Of a stretch of DNA of 64,000 nt, positions 39,340 to 50,849 are shown in pieces. Under the pieces are notes generated by a model that did not search any database, had not been told where the DNA came from, and saw only the letters and a list, made by a program, of their open reading frames with translations. The position numbers were made by a program, and so were the translations under genes. The stretch's first letter is position 1, and each line of letters starts with the position of its first letter. The stretch lies in NCBI RefSeq assembly GCF_963921235.1, contig NC_086108.1:55988001-56052000 (forward strand), in the 5' to 3' direction. Source of the DNA: Mobula hypostoma. Taxonomy: Eukaryota.

Positions 39340-42273
39340 CAGTGCCTATAAAAAGTATTCATCCCCCCCCCCACCCCCGGAAGTTTTCATGTTTTATTGT
39401 TTTACAACATTGAATCACAATAGATTTAATTTGGCTTTTTTGATTCTGATCAACAGAAAAATATTCCTTCGTATCAAAGTGAAAACAGATCTCTACAAAG
39501 TGATCTAAATTAATTTCAAATATAAAACACAAAATAATTGATTAAGTATTCACCCCCTTTAGGTCAGTATTTAGTAGATGCACCTTTGGCAGCAATTATA
39601 GTCTTGAGTCTGTGTGGATTGGTCTCTCACGAAAAATGCTGGTGAACACAGCAGGCCAGGCAGCATCCATAGGAAGAGGTACAGTCGGTGATTCAGGCTG
39701 GGACCCTTCATCAGGACTAACTGAAAGAAGAGATAGTAAGAGATTTGAAAGTGGGAGGGGGAGGGGGAGATCCGAAATGATAGGAGAAGACAGGAGGGGA
39801 GGGGTGGATCTAAGAGCTGGAGAAGGGAGAGGATCATGGGACGGGAAGCCTGGGGAGAAAGAGAAGCGGGGAGGGGAGCCTGGAGGGTGGAGAGCAGGCA
39901 AGGAGTTATAGTGAGAGGGACAGAGAGAGAAAAAAAACGGGGAGAAAAAAATAAAAAATATATAAAATAAATAATTAAGGGATGGGGTGTGAAGGGAAGG
40001 AGGGGCGTTAACGGAAGTTTGAGAAGTCAATGTTCATGCCATCAGGTTGGAGGCTACCCAGACGGAATATCAGGTGTTGTTTCTCCAACCTGAGTGTGGC
40101 TTCATCTTGACAGTAGAGGAGGCCGAGGATAGACGTATCAGAATGGGAATGGGACGTGGAATTAAAATGTGTGGCCACTGGGAGATCTTGCTTTCTCTGG
40201 CGGACAGAGCGTAGGTGTTCAGGGAAACGGTCTCCCAGCCTGCGTCAGGTCTCGCCAATATATAGAAGGCCACACCGGGAGCACCAGACGCGGTATATCA
40301 CCCAGTCGACTCACATGTGAAGTGTTGCCTCACCTGGAAGGACTGTCTGGGGCCCTGAATGGTGGCAAGGGAGGAAGTGTAAGGGCATGTGTAGCACTTG
40401 TTCCGCTTACAAGGATAAGTGCTGGGAGGGAGATCGGTGGGAAGGGATGGGGGGGACGAATGGACAAGGGAGTCACGTAGGAAGCGATCCCTGTGGAAAG
40501 CAGAAAGAGGTGGTGAGAGAAAGATGTGCTTATTGGTGAGATCCCTTTGGAGGTGGCGGAAGTTACGGAGAATTATATGTTGGACCCGGAGGCTGGTGGG
40601 GTGGTAGGTAAGGACAAGGGGAGCCCTATTCCTAGTGGGGAGGCGGGAGGATAGGGTGAGAGCCAATGTGCGTGAAATAGGAGAGATGCATTTGAGAGCA
40701 GAGTTGATGGTGGAGGAAGGAAAGCCCCTTTCTTTAAAAAAGGAAGACATCTCCTTCATCCTGGAATGAAAAACCTCATTCTGAGAGCAGATGCGGTGGA
40801 GACGGAGGAATTGCAAGAAGGGGTTGGCATTTTTACAAGAGACGGTGGGAAGAGGAATAGTCCAGGTAGCTGTGAGAGTCTGTAGGCTTATAGTAGACAT
40901 CAGTAGATAAACTGTCTGAAGAGATAGAGACAGACGGATCAAGAAAGGGGAGGGAGGTGTCAGAAAGGAGAGATAGGTCTCTATCAGCTTTGCATATCTG
41001 GACACTGCAATTTTTCTCCATTCTTCTTTATAAAACTGCTCAAACTCTGTCAGATTGCATGGGGATTGTGAGTGAACAGTTCTTTTCAAGTCCAGCCACA
41101 AATTCTCAATTGGATTGAGGTCTGGACTCTGACTTGGCCACTCCAGGACATTAACTTTTTTTTGTTTTTAAGCCACTCCTGTATAGCTTTGGCTTTATGC
41201 TTGGGGTCATTGTTTTACTCCGAAGCCGCAGTTCTCTTACAGACTGCATCAGGTTTTCCTCCAGGATTTCCCAGTAGTTTGCTGCATTCATTTTACCCTC
41301 TATCTTCACAAGCATTCCAGGGCCTGCTGCAGTACCATGCTTCATGTTAGGGATGGTGTGTTTTTGATTATGTGTGGTGTTTAGCTTACATCAAACATAG
41401 CGTTAGTCTGATGACCAAAAAGCTCAATTTTGGTTTCCTCAGGCCATAGAATCTTCTTCCAGCTGACGTCAAAGTCTCCCTCATGCTTTCTGCCAACTCT
41501 ACCCAAGATTTCATGTGAGTGTTTTCCAACAGTGGCTTTCTCTTCGCCACTCTCCCATAAAGCTGCAACTGGTGAAGCATCCAGGCAACAGTTATTGTAT
41601 GCACAGTCTCTCCCATCTCAGCCTCTCAGCCACTGAAGCTTGTAACTACTCCAGAGTTGTCATAGGTCTCTTGGTGACAACCCTCACTAGTCCCTTTCTT
41701 GCACGGTCACTTGGTTTTTGAGGATGGCCTGCTCTAGGCAGACTTACAGCTTTGTTGTATTCTTGATGACTTAACTATACTCCAAGTGACTTAGAAATTT
41801 TCTCATCCACCTCCTGAATTGTGCTTTTCAATAACTTTTTGTGGAGTTGTTTGGAGTGTTCTTTTGTCTTCATGGTGTAGTTTTTGGCAGGATACTGACT
41901 CATTAGCAGTTGGACTCTTCCAGATACAGGTGTATTTTTACCAGTAAATTGAAACACCTTAACTGCACACAGGTCTCCAAAAACAGATCTCCATTTAACT
42001 AATTATGTAACATCTAAAACCAATTGCCTGTACCAGTGATGATTTGGTGTGTCATAGTAAAGGGGTGAATATTTACGCAATCAATTATTTTGTGTTTTAT
42101 CTTTATAATTACTTTAGATCACTTTGTAGAGATCTGTTTTCACTTTGACACGAATGAGTCTTTTTCTGTTGATCAGTGTCAAAAAAAGCCACATTAAATC
42201 CACTGTGATTCAATGTTGTAAAACAATAAAACATGAAAACTTCCAAATGGGTGAACACTTTTTATGGGCTCTA
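39340..42273 (-). mobile_element. Tc1-like DNA transposon with ~220-bp TIRs and decayed transposase
   Basis: TA duplication at 39338-39339 and 42274-42275. TIRs begin CAGTGCCTATAAAAAGTATTCA and end TGAACACTTTTTATGGGCTCTA. Peptides MKTKEHSKQL, LYGRVAKRKPLL and GKMNAANYWEILEENL. Confidence 0.9.
39628..40971 (-). mobile_element. 5'-truncated Penelope-like element nested in the Tc1
   Basis: RT C-terminus STDVYYKPTDSHSYLDY, a GIY-YIG region, and a hammerhead motif at 39683-39718. TSD GAT(T/A)GGTCTCT at 39617-39627 and 40972-40982. Confidence 0.88.
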
Positions 42274-43309
42274 TACTTGGATTTTCAGAAGGCCTTTGAC
42301 AAGGTGCCACATTGAGGATGCTTAACAAGCTATGAGCCCATGGTATTACAGTAGAGATTGTAGCTTGGATAAAGCAGTGGCTGAGTGGCAGGAGGCAAAG
42401 AGTAGGAATAAAGGGAGCCTGCTGTGGTCGGCTGTCGGTGACTAGTGGTATTCCACAGGGATCTGTTTTAGGACCGATTCTTTTTATGCTATATATCAAT
42501 GATTTGGATGAAAGAATTGATGGGTTTATTTCAAAGTTTGTATACAATGTGAAGGCAGGTGGAGGGGCAGGTAGTTTTAAGGACATAGAGAGGCTACAGA
42601 GGACTTAGATTAGGAGAATGGACAAAGAAATGCACACAGTGTCAGGAAGTGTATGGTCATGCACTTTGGTAGAAGAAATGAAATGGTTGACTATTTTATA
42701 AATGGAGAGAAAATACAAAAACTGAGGTGCTAGGGGACTTGGGAGTCCTTGTGCAGAATTTGTAGGTTGAGTCTGTGGTGAGGAAGTGAAATGCAATGTT
42801 AGCATTAATTTCAAGATGACTAGAATATAAAAACAAGGATGTAATGTTGAGACTCTATAAAGCAATGGTGAGGTCTCATTCAGAGTATTGTGATCAGTTT
42901 TGTACCCCTTATCTTAGAAAGGATGTGCTGAAACTGGAGAGGGTTCAAAGGAGTTTCACTAAAATGATTATAGGATTGAATGTTTTTCGTATGAAGAGTG
43001 TTTGATAGCTCTGGGCTTGTATTCACTGGAATATGTAAGAATGAGGGGTGACCTTATCAAATGGTGAAAGGCCTTGATAGAGTAGATGTGGAGATGATAT
43101 TTCCTGTGGTGGGAGAGTCTAAGACCAGAGGACAGCCTCAGAATAGGGGGGGGCGTCCTTTTAGAACAGAAATAAGGAGGAATTTCTTTAGCCAGACAAT
43201 GTTGAATCTGTGGACAACAGGAATTCTGCAGATGCTGGAAATTCAAGCAACATACATCAAAGTTGCTGGTGAACGCAGCAGGCTAAGCAGCATCTATAGG
43301 AAGAAGCGC

Positions 43310-43345
43310 AGTCGACGTTTCAGGCCGACACCCTTCGTCAGGACT
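43310..43345 (-). ncRNA. Minimal type I hammerhead ribozyme motif
   Basis: Minus strand reads AGTC-CTGACGA-AGGGTGTCGGCCT-GAAA-CG-TC-GACT, with an intact core. Confidence 0.75.
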
Positions 43346-45161
43346 AACTGAAGGAAGAGTGAGTAAGGGATTTGAAAGCTGGAGGGGGAGGGGGAGATGC
43401 AAAATGATAGGAGAAGACAGGAGGGGGAGGGATGGAGCCGAGAGCTGGACAGGTGATAGGCAGAAGGGGATACGAGAGGATCATGGGACAGGAGGTCCGG
43501 GAAGAAAGACGGGGGGGGGTGACCCAGAGGATGGGCAAGAGGTATATTCAGAGGGACAGAAGGAGAAAAAGGAGAGTGAGAGAAAGAATGTGTGCATTAA
43601 AAAGAGTAACAGATGGGGTACGAGGGGGAGGTGGGGCCTAGCGGAAGTTAGAGAAGTCAATGTTCATGCCATCAGGTTGGAGGCTACCCAGACGGAATAT
43701 AAGGTGTTGTTCCTCCAACCTGAGTGTGGCTTCATCTTTACAGTAGAGGAGGCCGTGGATAGACATGTCAGAATGGGAATGGGATGTGGAATTAAAATGT
43801 GTGGCCACTGGGAGATCCTGCTTTCTCTGGCGGACAGAGCGTAGATGTTCAGCAAAGCGGTCTCCCAGTCTGCGTCGGGTCTCACCAATATATAAAAGGC
43901 CACATCGGGAGCACCGGACGCAGTATATCACCCCAGTCGACTCACAGGTGAAGTGATGCCTCACCTGGAAGGACTGTTTGGGGCCCTGAATGGTGGTAAG
44001 GGAGGAAGTGTAAGGGCATGTGTAGCACTTGTTCCGCTTACACGGATAAGTGCCAGGAGGGAGATCAGTGGGGAGGGATGGGGGGACGAATGGACAAGGG
44101 AGTTGTGTAGGGAGCGATCCCTGCGGAATGCAGAGAGAGGCAGGGAGGGAAAGATATGCTTAGTGGTGGGATCCCGTTGGAGGTGGCGGAAGTTACGGAG
44201 AATAATATGTTGGACCCGGAGGCTGGTGGGGTGGTAGGTGAGGACCAGGGGAACCCTATTCCTAGTGGGGTGGTGGGAGGATGGAGTGAGAGCAGATGTA
44301 CGTGAAATGGGGGAGATGCGTTTAAGAGCAGAGTTGATAGTGGAGGAAGGGAAGCCCCTTTCTTTAAAAAATGAAGACATCTCCCTCGTTCTAGAATGAA
44401 AAGCCTCATCCTGAGAGCAGATGCGGCGGAGACGGAGGAATTGCGAGAAGGGGATGGCGTTTTTGCAAGAGACAGGGTGAGAAGAGGAATAGTCCAGATA
44501 GTTGTGAGAGTCAGTAGGCTTAATCCCAAACAGTCCTTCCAGGTGAGGCATCACTTCACCTGTGAGTCGACTGGGGTGATATACTGCGTCCGGTGCTCCC
44601 GATGTGGCCTTTTATATATTGGTGAGACCCGACGCAGACTGGGAGACCGCTTTGCTGAACATCTACGCTCTGTCCGCCAGAGAAAGCAGGATCTCCCAGT
44701 GGCCACACATTTTAATTCCACATCCCATTCCCATTCTGACATGTCTATCCACGGCCTCCTCTACTGTAAAGATGAAGCCACACTCAGGTTGGAGGAACAA
44801 CACCTTATATTCCGTCTGGGTAGCCTCCAACCTGATGGCATGAACATTGACTTCTCTAACTTCCGCTAGGCCCCACCTCCCCCTCGTACCCCATCTGTTA
44901 CTCTTTTTAATGCACACATTCTTTCTCTCACTCTCCTTTTTCTCCTTCTGTCCCTCTGAATATACCTCTTGCCCATCCTCTGGGTCACCCCCCCCCGTCT
45001 TTCTTCCCGGACCTCCTGTCCCATGATCCTCTCGTATCCCCTTCTGCCTATCACCTGTCCAGCTCTCGGCTCCATCCCTCCCCCTCCTGTCTTCTCCTAT
45101 CATTTTGCATCTCCCCCTCCCCCTCCAGCTTTCAAATCCCTTACTCACTCTTCCTTCAGTT

Positions 45162-45197
45162 AGTCCTGACGAAGGGTCTCGGCCTGAAACGTCGACT
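45162..45197 (+). ncRNA. Minimal type I hammerhead ribozyme motif; predicted cleavage after GUC at 45193
   Basis: Stem I AGUC/GACU, core CUGACGA...GAAA, stem II in AGGGUCUCGGCCU, and palindromic ACGU in place of stem III. This is the form known for Penelope-like elements. Confidence 0.78.
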
Positions 45198-46314
45198 GCG
45201 CTTCTTCCTATAGATGCTGCTTGAATCTGTGGAATTTTTTTGCCACAAGCAGCTGTGAAGGCCAAGTCTTTATGTATATTTAAGGTAGTGGTTGATAGAT
45301 TCTTGATTGGTCAGGGCAAGAAAGGATACGTGGAGAAGGCAGGAGATTGAGGCTGAGAGGAAAATTGGATCAGCCATGATGAAATGATGCAAACTGAATG
45401 GGCCAAATAGCCTAATTCTGCTCCTATAGCTTTTGGTCTTATGGTCGAAACTTGGCACTAATGTAAATATATATTTTCTCATTCGTTTTCAAGCCAAGTT
45501 GAATAGAAAGTAGGTTTGGCACATTATTTCAAAGGATAATGGGATTCTTATATTATGAAAGCTGGGAAGAAAATATACTTGTTGAATCATAGTCCATAAA
45601 GGCCATAAGATACAGGAACAGAATTAGGCCATTTGGCCCATCGAGTCTGCTCCGTCATTTCATCATGGCTGACCCATTTTCCCTCTCAAGCATACTCAAG
45701 CGTTAGTTAAGAAACTGAAAACAAATCTGGAATAATTTTGACTTTGAGTTCAAGCAGTAAAATGATTCAGATTTTATATCTCCAATATGTAATACTTATT
45801 TTAGAGCAGTGGATTAGTCAGAGGCTAAATTTAATAGAAAAGTTGATTGTGTCTGTAGTTTTAGAAGAGTGTAAGCAAAAGAAGAATGTTTATATTTGAT
45901 GACACATTTTCTTCCAAATTAGATTGTAAATGAAACTGGAGCAAAATTAGACTGGGATGTCTCAGTATCAGCATGAATCCCAAGTGCAGAATATGCATGT
46001 CCTTAAAAGTAATCCCTCTAACAGATGTGATTTACCTGTCAATGCAGACACTGCTAAGACTGATGTCAGTTATACCTGATATCCTGCTATTAATATCGGG
46101 CCACTGCTGCACAATCATGTATGATCAGAGCACCCCTAGTGAGTCATTAGTTTAACTAAGGCAAGCTCTACAGGCCTCAGTAGTCTCCCAGAGAGAAATC
46201 TCTGAATTCTCCACAGGCACCAATGCAAATATTGCACTGAAAGTTTATAGGAGTTGAATTGGAGAAGTTATGATTCTTCTAAGACAGTCACTCCTATAAT
46301 GAGAGTACAGGTTA

Positions 46315-48105
46315 CAATGGATTCCAGTTAATTGGGCCATCGATTAATCGGATCAGCTGCTTATTAGGGACAACTCTTAAAGAACAAAATCGAATCAAGA
46401 AAATTGCGGGAATTCCCTTTGTTTATTTGAGACACTATGTCACTTAATTGGGACAGGAGACTGCTGCCAAACAGTTTCCAACTATCATCAGATGCGTACA
46501 CTTGTGTGGCGGTTAAACACTACACTGTGTTTGGATCAAACAGTTTTTAAACAGCACCAGTTGTGTGTGTTTTTGTTCAAAAGCAGTGATTTTTGTCATT
46601 GATAGTTGGAGAGAAATAAGCAGTAAAGCTCTTTGGAAGTGTTCTACTCATGGCGGTTTCAAGCTTTCAGGTTTGGAGATGCTTGGAATGGTCGGGAGTG
46701 AAAATGGAATAATGTCACTACTTCAGCAAGTTAGGAACTATGGAGAATTTGAAAGTATCGACAATCAACTGGAATATTACAGTAAAAATGAAAATTTGTA
46801 GATTTGCAATCGTCATTAGTATTGTATGAAGGCTGTCCATTACACTGGACAACAAATTTTATCAAAAGTGCTGCTTCCTCAGAATTTTTTTTGTTTATAA
46901 TAGACTGCTTGAAGATGAACGCAAATATAATTTCAGACTACTTGTATCACATGGGAATTTGGAGAAACAACAAATTAACTTTTATTGAATATAATGTGTT
47001 TAATTGCATAATGGTACTGATGCTTTACAATAGTTCAATTAAGTTAAAAATATTTTGTTAATGATTTTCATTTGTACTCAGTTCCTGAGGCTTCTCGCTT
47101 AAGTGTCCAACAATAATTTGCCAGCATTTACAGAGTCCAGTTGCCCTGGTATCTTTTCTCCATGACTGCAATGTCCTGGTGAAAACCTTTACCATGCTTG
47201 TCACTAACAGCACCAAGATTTGCAGGGGAGAAGTCTAGATGGGTATACAGAAAATGAGTCTTTAGTGACATGTTGCATTTCATGGTTTTATATGCTTGAA
47301 GCATGCTTTCAACCAGCTGCATGTAGTTTGGTGCTCTGTAGATGCCGGGAAAAATTTCAACAACTTCCTTGAATGCCTTCCATGTGATTTTCTCCAGTCC
47401 CACTAGAAATTCTTCAACTTGCCTGTCATTGATGACCTGTTTGATTTGTGGACCAACAAAAATGCTTTCCTTAATCTTGGTATCAATTATTCCGGGAAGC
47501 ATCTGTCTCAAATATCAAAATCCTTCATAGAAATTTTTGTGCCTGGTGATAGCAAATTCCATCCTTGCAGTCCTGAACCCAATAATTATTACTAAAACCT
47601 GCCTGCCGCGCCGCCTAAGCATGCCCAAGCATGCCCGGACAAGATAGGAAACTTTCCAGCTTACATTGTAGGCAACATTTTAATTGACTTGAATTATGAA
47701 TTGAAATAATAAACATAAGTTTATTTTAAAAAATGGTGCATGATAGGGAAATTTCATGGTGATTTTCATGATCAGTCACCCAAGATTCACAAGGTACACC
47801 AAAAGATATACAGGATGCAAAATCTTTGTTGTCCAGTGTAATCTACTCTAGGCATCTGTGCTGATTTTGTTCATTACATACATACACTGGATACATCGAT
47901 AACTATTAGGGACTAATACACAGTTTTATAGTACTGTAGTGTTCTAATTTGTTCTGCATTTCATTTTAACATGTAATTTGTTACTCAGTTTGTTTTTTTT
48001 AAATATTTTTAACTCTTTCCATGAAACTTTGGCTAATTAAGGCAGCTGCTTAATTGGGCAAAAATGTACTGGTCTCAATGTGTCCCAATTAACTGGAATC
48101 TACTG
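46315..48105. mobile_element. Non-autonomous pogo/Tigger-like element
   Basis: TA flanks. TIRs are CAATGGATTCCAGTTAATTGGG and CCCAATTAACTGGAATCTACTG. Confidence 0.8.
46843..47838 (-). mobile_element. Internally deleted Chapaev3 (CMC) DNA transposon nested in the Tigger-like element
   Basis: TIRs CACTGGACAACAAA / TTTGTTGTCCAGTG with TTA/TAA flanks. ORF 47128-47511 IKESIFVGPQIK...NMSLKTHFL..HLDF...GAVSDKHGKGFHQDIAVMEKRYQG. Confidence 0.8.
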
Positions 48106-49375
48106 TAATTCCAAAAGTTTATCAAGATGTATATACTTTTTAAAAAGGATCATTTAACACATTCAGTTGAAACATTGGTAGACTGTATTTAAAATTGGCT
48201 TGGCCACGGACGATGAAGTGTTGTGGTTGACAGGTGTTATTCTGGTGGGAGATCTTCGACCAGTGGTATTCCATGTTGCTCTGAGCTGGGACCACTTATG
48301 CTTATGACATGGGTAAGTGATTTGAATGAAAATATTACTATAAGTAAGCCTCGAGTTGTGGAGAGTAAAGAAGATTGCAAAGGGATGCAGCAGGATAGAG
48401 ATTGCAAACAAGAACAAATCTGCAGGTGCTGGGAATCAAAGCAACATGCACAAAATGCTGGAGGAACATAGCATGGCCAGGCAGCATCCATGGAAAAGAG
48501 TAAACTGTCATTGTTTTGGGCCGAAACCCTTCATCCGGATTGTTGGAATAAAGATGAGGAGTCAGAGTAAGAAGGTGGGGGGAGGGGAGAAAGAAGTACA
48601 AAGTGGTAGGTGATGAGTGAAACCAGGAGACGGGAAGCAGTGAATTCAGTTGATTGTTGAAAGAGATAAAGGGCTGGAGAAGAGAGAATCTAATAGGAGA
48701 GGACAGAAAGCCATGGAAGAAAGGGAAGAGGGGAGGAGCACCAGAGGAAAGTGATGGACAGGTAACAAGATAAGGTGAGAGTGGGAAATGGAAATGGGGA
48801 ATGGTGAAGGAGAAGGGGGGTGTGGGAGCAATTACCGGAGGTTTGAGAAATCAATGTTCATGCCATCAGGTTGGAGGCTAACCAGATGGAAGATAAAGTG
48901 TTGCTCCTTCAACCTGAGTGAGGCCTCATTATGACAGTAGAGGAAGCTATGGACTGACGTGTCAGAATGGGAAAGGGAAGTAGAATTGAAGTGGGTGGCC
49001 ACCAGGAGATCCTGCTTTTTCTGGTGGACTGAGCGTAGGTGCTCGGCAAAGCAGTCTCCCAATCCCCATTGGGTCTCACCGATATACAGGAGGTTGCACC
49101 GAGAGCAACAGATACAGTAAATGATCCAACAGTCTTGCTGGTGAAGTGTTGCCTCACCTGGAAGGACCATTTGGGGCCCTGAATGATAGTGAAGGAGGAG
49201 GTACAGGGGAAGGTGTGGCATTTGTTCCACTTGCAGGGGTAAGTGCCAGGAGGGAAATCAGTGGGGAGAGACGAATGGACAATGGAGTCGCGTAGGGAGT
49301 GATCCTTGTGGAAAGTGGAAAGTGGGGGACAGGGAAAGATGTGCTTGATGGTGGGATCCACTTGGAGATGGTGGA

Positions 49376-49594
49376 CAACAGGAATTCTGCAGATGCTGGA
49401 AATTCAAGCAACACACATCAAAGTTGCTGGTGAACGCAGCAGGCCAGGCAGCATCTGTAGGAAGAGGTGCAGTCGACGTTTCAGGCCGAGACCCTTCGTC
49501 AGGACGAAGGGTCTCGGCCTGAAACATCGACTGCACCTCTTCCTACAGATGCTGCCTGGCCTGCTGCGTTCACCAGCAACTTTGATGTGTGTTG
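49376..49594. mobile_element. Young near-perfect palindromic Penelope mini-element inserted into the older Penelope copy
   Basis: Arms 49405-49500 and 49503-49598 (95/96 match, 2-nt centre). TSD CTTGGAGATGGTGGA at 49361-49375 and 49595-49609. Confidence 0.93.
49471..49505 (-). ncRNA. Minimal hammerhead ribozyme motif at the palindrome centre
   Basis: Minus strand reads GTC-CTGACGA-AGGGTCTCGGCCT-GAAA-CG-TC-GAC. Confidence 0.7.
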
Positions 49595-50849
49595 CTTGGA
49601 GATGGTGGAAGTTACAGAGAATTATGTGCTGGATGCAGAGGCTGGTGGGGAGGTAGGTGAAGACAAAAGGAACCCTATCACTGGTGGGGTGGTGGGTGGA
49701 TAGGGACGTGCATGAAATGGAAGAGACGCGGCTGAGGGCGGCATTCATGGTGGAGGAAGGGAAGCCCTTTTCTTTGAAGAAAAATGATTTCTCTTTCATA
49801 CTGGAATGAAAAGCTTCATCCTGGGAGCAGATGTGATGGGTACGGAGGAATTGAGAGAAGGGGATGGCATTTTTACAAGTGACAGGGTAGAAAGAAGTAT
49901 AGTCCAGGTAGCTGTGAGAATCAGTGGGTTTATAAAAGGCATCAGTGGATAAACTGCCTCCAGAGATAGAGGCAGAAAATCGAGAAAGGGAAGTGAGGTG
50001 TCAGAAATGGACCAGGTAAATATGTGGGTAGGGTGGAAGTTGGAGGCAAAGTTAATGAAATTGACGAGCTCTGCATGGATGCAGGAAGCAGCACCAATGC
50101 AGTTGTTGATGTGGCGTAGGAAAAGTGGGGAGTGATACCAGTTTAGGCTTGGAACATTGACTGTTCCATCTAGCTGACAGAAAGGCAGACATAGCTGGGA
50201 CCATGTAAGTGCCCATGGCTACAACTTTTGTTTGAAGGAAGTGGGAGAAGCCGAAGGAGAAATTATTGAGAGTGAGGACCAGTTTTCCCAGACAGAGAGG
50301 AATATCAATCTTATAGATATAGATCAGTTGGAAATAATGGCAGAGAAATGACAGAAGGGTTTTAATCCTGACAGTCTTAAGATATTATACTTTACAGCAA
50401 GAGTATATAGCAAATGGCAGGACCCTTGGAAGCATTGATGTAAATAGAGATCCTAGGGAGTACATCCACAGATCTCTGAAAATGACAATACAAATAGATA
50501 AGGTGTTAAGAAGACACATGGCATACTTGCCTTTATTGGTCAGGGCATTGAGTATAAGCATCAGGATGTCATATTGCAACTGTAGAAAATTTTGATTGGA
50601 CCACATTTGGAGCATTGTGTTCAGTTCTGCTTGCCATAATACAGAAAGATGAGGAAGCTCTGGAGAGGGTGTGGAGGAGGCTCACCAGGATATTCCATGT
50701 GTGGGAGACTATGAGCTGTAAGGAAAGGTTGAACAGACTTCGAATGCTTTCTCTCCAAGTGTTGGGGGTTGCTAAGGGGGGTTTTGAAGTGTGTGTATTT
50801 TGATATTTGGACTATTATGGGTAAGGGGATGAACTTAAAGCAAGTATCA

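Larger units (their letters stand above)
43215..45220. mobile_element. Young Penelope-like insertion: 1.3-kb minus-strand copy plus a 0.7-kb inverted copy
   Basis: TSD TTGAATCTGTGGA at 43202-43214 and 45221-45233. Both arms encode HFTCESTGVIYCVRCSRCGLLYIGETRRRLGDRFAEH (GIY-YIG). Confidence 0.95.
43285..45222. repeat. 698-bp near-perfect inverted repeat (43285-43982 / 44525-45222) with a 542-bp spacer
   Basis: Mirror-image identical ORFs in the track (43638-43964 minus vs the C-terminal part of 44396-44869 plus). One mismatch noticed in the hammerhead loop. Confidence 0.95.
38815..45445 (+). mobile_element. CR1 LINE RT/3' region split by a Tc1 element and a Penelope-like element
   Basis: The reading GESVDVVY|LDFQKAFDK is restored when 39340-42275 is removed. 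NLW|N continues after 45233. The 3' UTR ends at about 45445. Confidence 0.88.
48403..50305 (-). mobile_element. Older Penelope-like element (part of RT, GIY-YIG, 3' end)
   Basis: Minus strand LVLTLNNFSF..FLQTKVVAMGT-like RT motif near 50200-50280 and IYCICCSRCNLLYIGET..LGDCFAEHL. Decayed hammerhead at about 48500-48540. Confidence 0.85.
48160..50760 (+). mobile_element. Decayed CR1 RT fragment split by a Penelope-like element
   Basis: TSGIPCCSELGPL..DCKGMQQD before 48402, and continuation DIDQL..ALERVWRRLTR after 50316. Confidence 0.7.

Noticed and set aside
41464..41471. Second TGACGTCA motif
   Set aside because: Lies within decayed Tc1 transposase sequence; probably chance.
44396..44869. 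157-aa ORF as a stand-alone or domesticated GIY-YIG nuclease gene
   Set aside because: It is a chimera across the inversion junction: an antisense N-terminus fused to the Penelope endonuclease, with no sign of independent gene structure.
49376..49598. Palindromic minis as DNA-transposon MITEs or miRNA genes
   Set aside because: The arms are Penelope 3' sequence, the ends are asymmetric, and TSDs are long and variable. Hairpin-derived small RNAs cannot be excluded without data.
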